In this document: in pieces, positions 1-12,225 of the stretch
Position numbering within the stretch: position 1 is the stretch's first letter
Layout: each line of letters begins with the position of its first letter
DNA from: Mustelus asterias
Taxonomy: Eukaryota
Reading direction: 5' to 3'
NCBI RefSeq assembly: GCF_964213995.1
Contig: NC_135809.1
Location: 32,426,001 to 32,490,000 of the forward strand
Length of the DNA stretch: 64,000 nt
Position numbers and translations under genes: made by a program
The notes under the pieces: generated by a model
Told to the model about the DNA's origin: nothing
Seen by the model: only the letters and a program-made list of their open reading frames with translations
The model's database searches: none

Positions 1-1070
1 GGCTCTTTCTGAGCTGTTTGCAAGGGGCTGGGAGCCTGATTCCAGTTAGCACCCGCCCTCTCTGAGACAAAAATCTGTGAGTCAAGGCCGTTTCTCCTGA
101 GTCAGGAAATTTCCTGACACTGCAAACCCAACTCGGGTGTAAAAGATCAGGCTTATCGTCTATCCACTGTTAGCACACAGGATGCTGCCACTGTCTCCAA
201 GCATAAACACCTGGCACCTTCTTCCCAGTAAAACAATCTGGGTCCCCTTTAATCTCGAACAATCAAATCACCCAGGCTTGCTGTGACTCATGACCCATGA
301 CTCCTTCATTTACCTTAAATTATTAGACACCGTCCCAGAGTATAACAATCTTATAAACCTTCTAATTATAAAAGAAGGGTAAGTATCTTAGCCTGAACAT
401 GAAGATTACAAACCTTAACGTTAGAATCTAATGAAACTGTTCCACAGTAGCAGTAAAATTCTCTGATAGCAGACCTCACTTCTTCCACAAGATGGCTAAT
501 TGCAGACTGGAAGCAATAGCAGTAGAACAAGGGTCAATGGCAATTACTGTATAGCTATGGCAGGTTGGGTAACTAAGAACGGAATAGCAGGTAAACAGCA
601 GGGCCAAGGAGCAGTGGCAATGCAGAATGCACTGCAGAGGCAGCAGATCAGCCGGAATGTGGAGGACATCCAAGGAAGAGCCCATTGGCTGACCAGCACT
701 GGAGTTGATCAAAGGGAGGGAAAGAAATTGTAACTGTTTGGGGAAGGACCTCCAATGTCAATCTTTGAGCGGAAAACCCGAGGGAGGTTGCAGCATGAGG
801 TAAATAGTGGGCCCAAGGCAGAGCTGGGTAGATGTTGGGCTGGAGGTGACACGGAACACATCTCTGGGATCTATTGAAGAAGCAGTATTTTAGAAAACAG
901 AGTGTTTTATTATTAATGTTAAAATCCATGCTCAGGAAGCTCACGTTCCAAAGCCATGCAAATTCCACCGTTTTATTAGTGGATCAAAAAACAATAACGT
1001 GGTATTTAATGTGCTTTTCAACAAAGGAGGAAGGTATGATCCAAAGTGGTGTTTTTTTTTGCAGGGTAAG

Positions 1071-1401
1071 TGTGGTGAACCATCGTTGGTTCCCACTAGA
1101 TAGTACTGAGCCAGGGTCTGGCCAGTACTACAAGTATGTATATATGTTGCTGTTGGGGTTAGGGATGGGTTGTTCTACTTGTTGCTGTTGGGGTTAGGGT
1201 TGGGCTGTTACACCTTGTATTATAGTTATTATGGTACATCCCAGTCGGGCTCCGCCTCCTGGGAGAGGTATAAAGGTCACTGCTCTGTCTGGGACCCCTC
1301 AGTTTGGGATCGTGTACTATACTTAGTAGCATTGTTGTAACAGTAAATAAAAGCCTTTATTTCCTGAGCATCTCAAGCCTCGTGTGTGATAACGCGCATC
1401 A
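1071..1401 (+). mobile_element. Solo LTR (331 bp) of a Gypsy family related to the element at 42345-47032
   Basis: TG...CA ends; 5-bp TSD GTAAG (1066-1070 / 1402-1406); TATAAA about 1269 and AATAAA about 1346; clearly similar to the LTRs at 42345 and 46735. Confidence 0.93.
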
Positions 1402-2997
1402 GTAAGATATTACAGGGTGCTCCCAGAACTGTGAAAAGGGCAGGAATGCATAGTAAGCTGCATGTGATGAAATGTCCAGATTGTAAGGGATGTTGTGAAT
1501 CTTTTTGAGAAAAAGAATTGTCTTTATTAAAAAAAAATAATCAAATCACAGTCCCAATGAGATTTATATCCATAAAGGTTTTGCTATTTTTAGCAAACAA
1601 AATAATATTGTGTCTGCCCCCAATCAGTCCAGGTCATAAATTGTCCCTTTTGCTTCATTTTAATTCCTCTAATTCCTTTTAATAATTCGAAAACTCTAAA
1701 GCTCTGAGCTGTCTTCCACTCAATCCTTCATTGCTTCTTTTAGGTCAAAGACATTAAGATTTGTTGATATTCCTGCCAATTAGAACCCATATTATTTGTA
1801 TCCCAAGTGCAGTCTGAGACATTTATTTAAATTCCCAAATGTTTGTTTGATTTATGTGCATGTCCTCCTGCACATGCTGTGCCAAGTTGCACATTTATCC
1901 ACTGATGTTTACTGGATGGTCTCTCTTCGCGCAATTATAATCAAGATTCGGTTCCCAGTTCCCAGCTCTGGATTGCAAAGTAGCTTCTTTCAGGTTTCAG
2001 AACAGCTGCAAGTGTGCAGTGTGTTCTCTCACGGTCGCTATTTGTAATACTTGTCAGGTGCCAGCACAAGATAGACGAAAGCTACAGGAAGTCCCTAGGG
2101 TCCGGCACTCAGCTCAAATTGTCTTGCTCACCTGCACCGATAAAATAGGATTGCCTTAGCCACGAGACCCTTTTGTCAGCTCCATTCCACCTCCACGGCC
2201 ACACAACTCCACACGGCAAGGGCTGCCCTGCTGTCAGAAGCGTGGATGAAAACCAACAATTCTGATTGTGTGAACCAGGGCTGATGGTAATAATACAGCA
2301 GCAATTAGACTGGAAAATTTGCCATCAGTAATATTAGCAACAATGTCAAACGGCCTGTCTAAATATTATCTTCAATTTTGAATGACTCTCAGTTTAATTT
2401 GGCCACGTTAGCTATTTTTTATGGTGATATTCATTTCCTCAAACTGATTTCCTCTGTTGGGACTGCAAATAAAAGAACAGTGCTAATATCCTAAATCCAT
2501 CCCAGAGGGTACCTGATTAGCAAGGCAAGTGATTTGTTATGGCTCAGATCTGCTCAGAGGATGGAAAGTTCACTGCCTCTGTGACCTTTTGTACAAAATC
2601 GTAGTAACCATGCAGAAAATTCATGGGATATGATATCATTTGTCATAATCATTATTTCCCAGTGGCTCAACACAACAAACCCCGAAGCATATCTCTATCA
2701 TCTCCACACCTCGAGCAATTGATGCCCGGGAATTCTCACCTTTATGGTCCAGCATGCATGTCATTGCTATCTGGTTGTAGCATTAGTATTATATTTTACA
2801 TTTCATCGTGCAGTGTGCTGTTCTCATAGCATCATCACTTTTGTAATAGCTTCAAGAAGAATATTTAAGTAGGAAATATTTAGATTAAGCATTTGCTTTC
2901 TGGAGGGCAAATAACCCAGCCAGCTTTTTAAAAAATGTGTTTGTGGGACGTGAGCATGCGAGGCCAGCATTTAATGTCCATCCCTAATTGCCCTTGA

Positions 2998-3287
2998 GGT
3001 GGCACAGTGGTTAGCACTGCTGCCTAACAGCGCCAGGGACCTGGGTTCAATTCCCAGCATGGGTCACTGTGCGGAGTCTGCACGTTCTCCCTTTGTCTGT
3101 GTGGCCAATCAACCTAACCCGCACATCTTTGGACTGTGGGAGGAAACCGGAGCACCCGGAGGAAACCCACGCAGACACAGGAAGAATGTGCAAACTCCAC
3201 TCAGACAGTGACCCAAGACCGGAATTGAACCCGGGTCCCTGGCACTGTGAGGCAGCAGCGCTAACCACTGTGCCACTATGTTGCCCT
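2998..3287. mobile_element. Two HE1-type SINE fragments fused in inverted orientation (+ 2998-3104; - about 3102-3287)
   Basis: tRNA-like head GGTGGCACAGTGGTTAGC...GGTTCAATTCC on + strand, then the reverse complement of the same SINE head and core. Confidence 0.85.
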
Positions 3288-3289
3288 TC

Positions 3290-4450
3290 TTGAAAACATA
3301 ACAATGTTTTGTCCTCAATTGCTTTTTGTGGTAATGAATTCCACAGGCTCATCACTCTGGGTGAAGAAATTTCTCCTCATCTCAGTCCTAAACAGTCTAT
3401 CCTGTATCCTTAGACTATGATCCTTGGTTCTGGACTCCCCCACCATTGGGAATGTCCTTCCTGCATCTACCCACCTAGACCTGATCGAATTTTATAGGTT
3501 TCTATGAGACCCCCTCATTTTTCTGAACTGCAGCAAATATAATCCTACCCAACTCAATCTTTCCTCATACATCAGTCCCACCATCTCAGGAATCAGTCTA
3601 GTAAACATTCGCTGCATGCCCTCAACAGCAAGAACATCCTTCCTCAGATAAAGAGATTAAAACTGCACACAATATTCCAGGTGTGGACTCACCAAGGCCC
3701 TGTATAATTGCAGCAAATCATCCCTGCTCCTGTACTCAAATGTTCTCACTATGAAGGCCAACATGCCACTTGCCTTCTTTACCATCTGCTACACCTGCGT
3801 GCTGGTGTACGAGGACACCCAGGTCTCGTAGCACATTCCCTTCTCCTAATTTATGGCCAATCAGATAATAATCGGCCTTCCTGTTTTCGCTACCAAAGTG
3901 GATAACCTCACATTTATCCACAATATACTGCATCTGTCATGCATTTGCCCACACACTCAGCTTGTCAAAATCACACTGGAACATCTCTGCATCCTCCTCA
4001 CAGCTCATCCTCCCACCCAGCTTTGTGTCATCAGCAAATTTGGAGTTATTACATTTAGTTCCCTCATCTAAATCATTAATATGTATTGTGAATAGCTGGG
4101 GTCCTAGCACTGATCCCTGCAGTGAGTACCTCACTAGTCACTGCCTGCCATTTAGAAAACACCGGTTTACTCCTACTCTTTGTTTCCTGTCTGCCAACCA
4201 ATTTTCTATCCATCTCAATACACTACCCCCAATCCCATGCCCTTCAATTTTATACACTAATCTCTTATGTGGGATTTTGTCGAAAGCCTTCTGAAAGTCC
4301 GAATAAATCGCATTCACTGGCTCCCCCTCATTAACTTTACGAGTTACATACTTGAAGAATTCCAGTAGATTTCCCTTTAGTAAATCCATGCTGACTCTGT
4401 CTGATCTTGCCACTGTTTTCCAAGCGCTCTGCTATTAAATCCTTGTTAAT
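3290..4450 (-). mobile_element. Degenerate CR1/HER1 LINE ORF2 (RT) fragment
   Basis: Broken frames encode DFQKAFDKIPH, QGSVLGPQLF, KFADDTKLGG and QSQHGFTKGKS; several frameshifts and deletions. Confidence 0.9.
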
Positions 4451-4604
4451 GACGTTCAATGCAAGAATGTCGTATTTATTCCATTGTTTTTTTTCTAATT
4501 TCAGTGGATCTTTTCTGCTGGGGTATAAAAGACCAGGGGAGCCAAATTGGATAATGCCCCCCACCTACGCTCCTCCCTGTGTATTTACCAATGCCCGTTC
4601 AGCC

Positions 4605-4985
4605 TGATCGAGGTGTACAAGATTGTGAGAAACATGGACCGAGTGGATAGGAGCAGCTGTTCCCCTTAGTTGAAGAGTCAGTCACAAGAGGACATAGGTT
4701 CAAGGTGAGGGGCAGGAGGTTTAGGGGGGGAATGTGAGGAAAAACCTTTTTACCCAGAGGGTAGTGTCAGTCTGGAATCCACTGCCTGGGAGGGTGGTGG
4801 AGGCGGGTTGCCTCACATTCTTTCAAAAGTACTTGGATGAGCACTTGGCACATCATAACATTCGAGGCAATGGGCCAAGTGCCAGTAAATGGGATTAGGT
4901 GGGATTAGTTCAGGTGTTTCTCGCATGTTGGGGCAGTCTCGATGGGCCGAGGGGCCTCTCCTGCACTGTATGATTCTATGATTGT
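4605..4985 (+). mobile_element. CR1 LINE 3' fragment
   Basis: Encodes LIEVYKIV and TRGHRFKVRG; CR1 3' tail GGGCCGAGGGGCC...GATTCTATGATT. Confidence 0.85.
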
Positions 4986-5133
4986 AAGTTGGTACATGGG
5001 ATCAAGCAGGGGTTGTGGGCCATGTTCTCAATGAGAGGTGTGGGAGTTTAAGACACACCCACACAAAGCAGCCCGCACATGACAAATGAGGAGCAGGAAT
5101 GGTTCCTCCATTGAAAAGAATGAAGTATGAGGG

Positions 5134-5464
5134 TGATGCGCGTTATCACACACGAGGCTTGAGATGCTCAAGGAAATAAAGGCTTTTATTTACTATTACA
5201 ACGAAGCTACCATGTATAGTACACGATCCCAGACTGAGGGGTCCCAGACAGAGCAGTGACCTTTATACCTCTCCCAGGAGGCGGAGCCCGACTGGGATGT
5301 ACCATAATAACTATAATACAGGTGTAACAGCCCAACCCTAACTCCAACAGCCACAAGTAGAACAACCCATCCCTAACCCCAACAGCAACATATATACATA
5401 CTCGTAGTACTGGCCAGACCCTGGCTCAGTACTACCTAGTGGGAACCAACGATGGTTCACCACA
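5134..5464 (-). mobile_element. Solo LTR (331 bp), same family as 1071-1401, inverted relative to it
   Basis: TG...CA ends; 5-bp TSD GAGGG (5129-5133 / 5465-5469); near-identical reverse complement of 1071-1401. Confidence 0.93.
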
Positions 5465-5664
5465 GAGGGTAAAAGTCAGAACATTTTATACTCAGCATAA
5501 ATTTACCCCTCCCATTTTTGGAAAGATTTTTCGAGGATTTGAAAGTCCAGTTAGAAGTCGCAACCTACGATATGTATCTTGACCGTGCTACTTAAAACTT
5601 TGTATTTTTAGCGTTTTTGCCTTCATTAAATATTTTAACCCATGCCTTACAAAATGAAGTAGAT

Positions 5665-6375
5665 AGTCATCGACTTCAGGAAGTGTAGTGGAGGATATGC
5701 CCCTGTCTACATCAATGGGGATGTAGTGGAACTGGCCGAGAGCTTCAAGTTTTTAGGTGTCCAGATCACCAACAACCTGTCCTGGTCCCCCATGCTGACA
5801 TTATAGTTAAGAAAGCCCACCAACCCCTCTACTTTCTCAGGAGGCTAAGGAAATTTGGCATGTCAGCAACGACTCTCACCAACCTTTACAGATGTACCAT
5901 AGAAAGCATTTTTTCTGGTTATACCAGAGCTTGGTATGGCTCCTGCTCTGCCCAAGACCGCAAAAAACTACAAAGGGTCGTGAATGAAGCCCAGTCCTTC
6001 ATGCAAACCAGCCTCCCATCCATTGACTCTGTCTACACTTTCTGCTGCCTTGGAAAAGTAGCCAGCATAATCAAGGAACCCACGCACCTGGACTTACTCT
6101 CTTCCACCTCCTTCCACTGGGAAAAAGATACAAAAGTCTGAAGACACGTACCAACCAACTCAAGAACAGCTTCTTCCCTGCTGCCATCAGACTTTGAATG
6201 GACCTACCTCATATTAAGTTGATCTCTCTCTCTACCCTGTTTATGACTAACACTACATTCTGCACTCGCTCCTTTCCTTCTCTATGTATGGTATGCTTTG
6301 TTTGTATAGTGTGCAAGAAACAATACTTTTCACTGTATACTAATAAATGTGACAATAATAAATCAGATCAGTTCA
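5665..6375 (+). mobile_element. Rex1/Babar-type LINE 3' fragment
   Basis: ORF 5860-6141 contains LYRCTIESIFSG...AWYGSCSAQDRKKLQRVV, typical of the Rex1/Babar RT C-terminus; 3' end CAATAATAAATCA repeats. Confidence 0.8.
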
Positions 6376-6387
6376 AAATTCCAGTAT

Positions 6388-6782
6388 TTTTTATTCATTC
6401 GTGGGACATGAGCTGGCTAGTATTTATTGATGTGGAGATGCCGGCGTTGGACTGGGGTAAACACTGATTTATTGCCCATCCCTAGTTGCCCTTGTTCAGA
6501 GGGCAGTTGAGAGTCAATCACATTGCTGTGGATCTGGAGTCACATGTAGGCCAGACCAGGTAAGGATGACAGATTTCCTTCCTCAAAGGGCATTAGTGAA
6601 CGAGATGGGTTTTTCCGAAAATCATTTCATGGTCATCAGTAGATTCTTAATTCTGGGTATTTTTTACTGAATTCAAATTCCACCATCTGCCATGGTGGGA
6701 TTCGAATCCAGGTCCTCAGAACATTAGCTGAGTTTCTGGATTAATAGTCCAGCGATAATAACATTGGGCCATCGCCTCCCCA
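6388..6782 (-). mobile_element. SacSINE1-like Deu-domain SINE carrying a 37-nt Penelope tail insertion (6430-6466)
   Basis: tRNA-like head with GATTCGAATCCC; Deu-like core CCTTACCTGGTCTGGCCTACATGTGACTCCAG; tail shared with the LINE end at 11980-12225. Confidence 0.75.
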
Positions 6783-7384
6783 GTTTTTTAAATTAGTTTT
6801 ATTTTTTCTTGGGTTATGAGGAAAGATATTCCTGCTATTGTCTGGGTGAATCAGTAGAGGAAATGATGGCTCCCCCCCCAGGAATACCTGATTTCCTCCA
6901 TTTCCTACATCTGGGCAATGCAGTACATGGAGGCACAGGGGCAAGAAAATTCGTGCCTGGGACATTAAATATTTTGTGATCAATCCTGAATGATAGTTGG
7001 TCTTGATGCTTGATACTCTGACTTTCGCCCCCTTTCGTTTGCAGGATATAATTCAAAGAAGGACAGTGTCACAAATCTACCCATACACGATTGTTTCAAA
7101 GTCTTCACTGTGAGTTTCATTTTCTGGTTCACGCATACAAGCATTGTAAATAACACAATACTGGCTTGAATTTACAAGCAGTGTGTTCAGCTCATATCTG
7201 ACGGGACAATTCGTAAATGGCAGTACCTGGCATACCTGCCCCGGCTGGCGGTCTTTCCAAGAACCCAGAAAGGGACTGATGCTCCATGCCATCATAGACA
7301 TTCTCACTGCCTCCTTTATTTTGTAGTCATGTCAGGAGTTGCAGAATGCAGTATTTGATGTCTAACTCAATTTATTCATTGCGT

Positions 7385-7805
7385 ATGTGAGCCACAGGCA
7401 GAAGATCCAATTTCGATCTACCGGTTTATGTTGATCTTAACTTGTTCGGCATTAGAGGTGTGGTATTACACTCCAGTGCCTTGGGTTAAGGGACAGAAAA
7501 TTGAGAATGGTAGCAACTTCTAATTGCTATCCAGTGACCTTCCCAATCCCCCGTTACCACACTTCTCCCCACAACCCTGTACCCCTCCCCATCCCCGCCA
7601 CTGAATGCGTTCATGCGTAAATATGTTTTTTATTCCTCCATGGGATATGGGCTCAGTGATGAAAGAATTAAGTTCAACTGTGATAGCCACCACAATTAAA
7701 TAATTTGGTCACGTGAATAAGAGCCATTTAGGCAAGATTATGGAGGGTTAATGACATTGTACGCTCATAAGAAGTCACCACCTCTGGAAGAGATGAGAAA
7801 ATTAG
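7385..7805 (+). mobile_element. Old, diverged SINE-like repeat (family uncertain)
   Basis: Degenerate B-box-like TTCGATC and internal motif TTGCTATCCAGTGACC resembling an old shark SINE; recognised from memory only. Confidence 0.35.
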
Positions 7806-7878
7806 ACAAAAGAAGAGTAAATGTTAAACATTGTAGTCACTCTTTAAGTAATCTTTTATTTCAAACTAATGATCATAC

Positions 7879-8176
7879 GAGCAGCATGGCGGCACAGAGG
7901 TTAGCACTGCTGCCTCACAGAGCCAGGGACATGGATTCAATTCTGGCCTTGGGTCACTATCTGTGTGGTGTTTGCACATTCTCCCCGTGTCTGCGTGGGT
8001 TTCCTCCAGGTGCTCCGGTTTCCTCCCACAGTTCAAAGATGTGCGGGTTAGGTTGATTGGCCATACTAAATTGACCATAGTGTCAGGGGATTAGCAGGGT
8101 AAGCAGGAATAGGGCCTCGGTGGGATTGTGGTTGGTGCAGACTCGATGGGCACTGTAGGAATTCTATGAATCTATA
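7879..8176 (+). mobile_element. HE1-type V-SINE
   Basis: tRNA head, V-domain core GGTTTCCTCCAGGTGCTCCGGTTTCCTCCCAC, ATTCTATGA tail. Confidence 0.9.
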
Positions 8177-9016
8177 CCAGGAAGGCAAATCTGCAGTGAC
8201 GCCAAAAGATGTGTCTCAAAGTGACAACCAAACAAGTAACCACCTTCTCTCTGAGACCACACAAACAGAGACAAAAGTCAGATCCTGTGAGGTGAAGCAA
8301 AACTGTTTGGAAGTGGCAAAGCAAAAGATTCACAGCTGCACAAAGTTGTACAATGATTTGTGTTGTAAGCAGACTGCAAGGGCTTTTGAATCAGAGGCCA
8401 GAATTCCATCAAATTGTTCCACTCCACATCTAATCTATTGCCAGATTAAAGAGGCCATTTCCTTTTTGAATACCGCTTAACCTGCAGAGTTGCTATTGAT
8501 AGTTGGCTGCTTTCCTTGGTTACCTCGTGTAACCCTGCAGGCACTTTTACCATGAGTGAGTGCTATTGATGGCAGCCTGGTGACTCTCACTATTGAAGGC
8601 ACTCAAATATAAATGAGCCAACCTCTAGAGTTTTGATTAAATTGCAGACGCGGGTTCTCCCAGGGCTTGTGATCTCCCATTTTCAACCTTACCCACGTGA
8701 CAGGTAGGCGACTGGCTCATATTAGTTATTCTTACAACCTGCTTACTTTTTATTTGACATTGATTTGGGTTTATTTGAAATAACCCCTGCCGTTTTGGTG
8801 AGCTCCATGTCCATAAACAGTTCTGTGTCTTCACATGCCCATAATAGGACTCAAAATTGTGTCCCAAATAAGCCTACGGACAGAAAGGGGACGAGTTACA
8901 CCTAACCCAGTTGGAGAGAATCCCACCAGATCAAGCTGAAAACTGATTATACATCCCATTCAATATTCCTTGCTCACTTCAATTGAGCGGGGTGTGAAAC
9001 TATTGCACCCAATACT

Positions 9017-9136
9017 CCGACGAAGAAACATTGGATCTATTCTCTCTCCACAGATGCTGTCAGACCTGCTGAGATTTTCCAGCATTTTACTGTTTTTGTT
9101 TCAGAGTCCAGCATCTGCAGTATTTTGCGTTTATAT
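9017..9136 (+). mobile_element. Short Penelope-type 3'-end (pLTR) insertion, second family
   Basis: 16-bp TSD TATTGCACCCAATACT (9001-9016 / 9137-9152); homologous to 48239-48370 and 52068-52185; begins with a hammerhead remnant lacking stem II. Confidence 0.7.
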
Positions 9137-9645
9137 TATTGCACCCAATACTGTTTGTTTCCCGACTGATGGGATAAGTTAAAATGGGGACGTGAAATCT
9201 GAATCCCACATACTCCGGGGTGAGTTTGGTTAAACTCACCCCCAAATAACCAGCAGTGTCAGGCAATCTAGAGGCCGTTGGTGAAGAAACTTTGACAGTA
9301 ATTTTATCTCTCCTTTTGCTTTCCACTAGCACTCCAATCCAACGAGAGCAGAGAATGTAAAAATATCCACAGTGGGCCACATTTTCCCGTCCTCCTGGAA
9401 TTGGGAATGGGGTCAGGAATCACTTTGCTTTTCTCTCAGCAGATTAAAATGTTCTGTCTAAAAACAGATCTGCACAATTTTCCCATAGGTGCGAAGTGGG
9501 TTGGGTTAAAGGTGGGTCACAATCCCGCATGCATATCCTTTGATATCAGGGTTGCCATTGACAGCTCAGGGAGAACTTTGCATTTCCCATCCCCCAATAT
9601 TTTCATTGGGTGGGGCAGGAAAACCCATCTAGTTTGAGAGTTTGC

Positions 9646-11710
9646 GAACATAGAACATAGAAAGCCACAGCACAAACAGGCCCTTCGGCCCACAAGTTGC
9701 GCCGATCACATCCCCACCTCTAGGCCTATCTATAGCCCTCAATCCCATTAAATCCCATGTACTCATCCAGAAGTCTCTTAAAAGACCCCAACGAGTTTGC
9801 CTCCACCACCACCGACGTCAGCCGATTCCACTCACCCACCACCCTCTGAGTGAAAAACTTACCCCTGACATCTCCTCTGTACCTACCCCCCAGCACCTTA
9901 AACCTGTGTCCTCTCGTAGCAACCATTTCAGCCCTTGGAAATAGCCTCTGAGAGTCTACCCTATCCAGACCTCTCAACATCTTGTAAACCTCTATCAGGT
10001 CACCTCTCATCCTTCGCTCTCCAGGGAGAAGAGACCAAGCTCCCTCAACCTATCCTCATAAGGCATGCCCCCCAATCCAGGCAACATCCTTGTAAATTTC
10101 CTCTGCACCCTTTCAATGGCTTCAACATCTTTCCTGTAATGAGGTGACCAGAACTGCGCGCAGTACTCCAAGTGGGGTCTAACCAGGGTCCTATAAAGCT
10201 GCAGCATTATCTCCCAACTCCTAAACTCAATCCCTCGATTAATGAAGGCCAGTACGCCGTACGCCTTCTTGACCGCATCCTCCACCTGCGAGGCCGATTT
10301 AAGAGTCCTATGGACCCGGACCCCAAGGTCCTTCTGATCCTCTACACTGCTAAGAATGGTACCCTTCATATTATACTGCTGCTTCATCCCATTGGATCTG
10401 CCAAAATGGATCACCACACACTTATCCGGGTTGAAGTCCATCTGCCACTTCTCCACCCAGTCTTGCATTCTATCTATGTCTCGCTGCAACTTCTGACATC
10501 CCTCCAAACTATCCACAACACCACCTACCTTGGTGTCGTCAGCAAACTTACCAACCCATCCCTCCACTTCCTCATCCAGGTCATTTATGAAAATGACAAA
10601 CAGCAAGGGTCCCAGAACAGATCCCTGGGGCACTCCACTGGTCACTGACCTCCATGCAGAGAAAGACCCCTCCACAGCCACTCTCTGCCTTCTGCAGGCA
10701 AGCCAGTTCTGGATCCACAAGGCAACAGCCCCTTGGATCCCATGCCCTCTCACTTTCTCAAGAAGTCTTGCATGGGGGACCTTATCGAACGCCTTGCTGA
10801 AGTCCATATAGACCACATCCACCGCTCTTCCTTCGTCAATGTGTTTGGTCACATTTTCAAAGAACTCAACCAGGCTCGTAAGGCACGACCTGCCCTTGAC
10901 AAAGCCGTGCTGACTACTTTTGATCATACTAAACTTCTCTAGATGATCATAAATCCTGTCTCTCAGGTTCCTCTCCATCAACTTACCAACCACTGAGGTT
11001 AGACTCACCGGTCGGTAATTTCCCGGGCTGTCCCTGTTCCCTTTCTTGAATATAGGGACCACATCTGCAATCCTCCAATCCTCCGGAACCTCTCCCGTCT
11101 CCATCGACGATGCAAAGATCATCACCAAAGGCTCCGCAATCTCCTCCCTCGCCTCCCACAGTAACCTGGGGTACATCCCATCCGGTCCCGGCGACTTACC
11201 AACCTTGATGCCATTCAATAGTTCCAACACATCCTCTTTCTTTATGTCCACATGCTCGATCCTTTCTGTCCACCGCAAACCAGCAGTACAACCACCCAGA
11301 TCCCTTTCCACCGTGAATACCGAGGTAAAGTATTCATTAAGCAGCTCCGCCATTTCTAACGGTTCCGCACAAACTTTTCCCCCTTCACCTTTTAAGGGTC
11401 CTATGCCTTCACATCTCATCCTTTTACTCTTGACATATTTGTAGAAAGCCTTGGGATTCTCCTTAATCTTACCCGCCAAGGCCTTCTCATGACCCCTTCT
11501 CGCTCTCCTAATTTCCTTCTTAAGCTCCTTCCTACATCCCGTATACTCCTCTAAATCCTTAACACCTCCTAGCTCTCTGAACCTTCTGTACGCCTCTCTT
11601 TTCTTATTCACCAGGTTCATCACAACCTTCGTGCACCACGGTTCCCGTACCCTACCAACACCCCCCTGTCTCATCGGAACGTTGTCATGCAGAGCTCCAG
11701 ACAAACATTG
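9646..11710 (-). mobile_element. Young 5'-truncated CR1/HER1 LINE
   Basis: (CTATGTT)n tail; continuous RT reading frame with a single frameshift near 10010-10020. Confidence 0.95.
9726..11709 (-). pseudogene. CR1 ORF2 reverse transcriptase, N-terminally truncated, one frameshift
   Basis: ORFs 10007-11716 and 9726-10010: KSPGPDG, NYRPVSLTS, DFSKAFDKVPH, GVPQGSVLGP, FADDTK. Confidence 0.93.
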
Positions 11711-11979
11711 GGGCATCCTGGTTGAGGAGTCCAGAACATTCTGACAGGTAACGGTTAAATGTTTTCACAACTCCAAATGTCATTATTAGGTGCTGTATTA
11801 TAAGTTAGATGTGTTTTTACTGCATTGATTGATCAAAGGGTTCTGTTAAGTTAGCCAATACATTGATCAGCACTGTGCACGTGATGAGATGCATTAGAGT
11901 TCTTTTATCAGTGGAAAAAGTGTGATTATGCATTCAAAACTGATGGGGACATTGCTGGGAAACTCTGGTGTCATGGTTT

Positions 11980-12225
11980 TTTTTATTCCTTCATGTGATG
12001 TAGATGTCACTCTGTAGGCCAGCATCTATTGCCCATCCCTAATTGCCCTTGAGAAGGTGATGAGCTGCCTTCTTGAACTGCTGCAGTCCATGAGGTGTAG
12101 GTACACCCACAGTGCTGTTAGGGAGGGAGTCCTAGGATTTTGGCCCAGCAACAGTAAAGGAATGGTGATATATTTCCAAGTCAGGATGCTGAGTGATTTG
12201 GAGGGGAACTTCCAGATAGTGGCCA
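11980..12225 (-). mobile_element. 3' end of another CR1/L2-like LINE family, likely partner of the Deu-SINE tail
   Basis: End CAAGGGCAATTAGGGATGGGCAATAGATGCTGGCC is shared with the SINE tails at 6388, 31833 and 56025; upstream reads as a LINE ORF2 C-terminus. Confidence 0.65.

Noticed and set aside
1050-1070. Splice acceptor/donor-like TTTTTTTTTGCAG-G-GTAAG
   Set aside because: GTAAG is the LTR TSD; no supporting exon context
1150-1205. Telomere-like TTAGGG motifs
   Set aside because: Isolated hexamers inside the LTR U3 unit, not an array
8166-8480. 104-aa ORF
   Set aside because: ATG comes from the SINE tail; no recognisable homology
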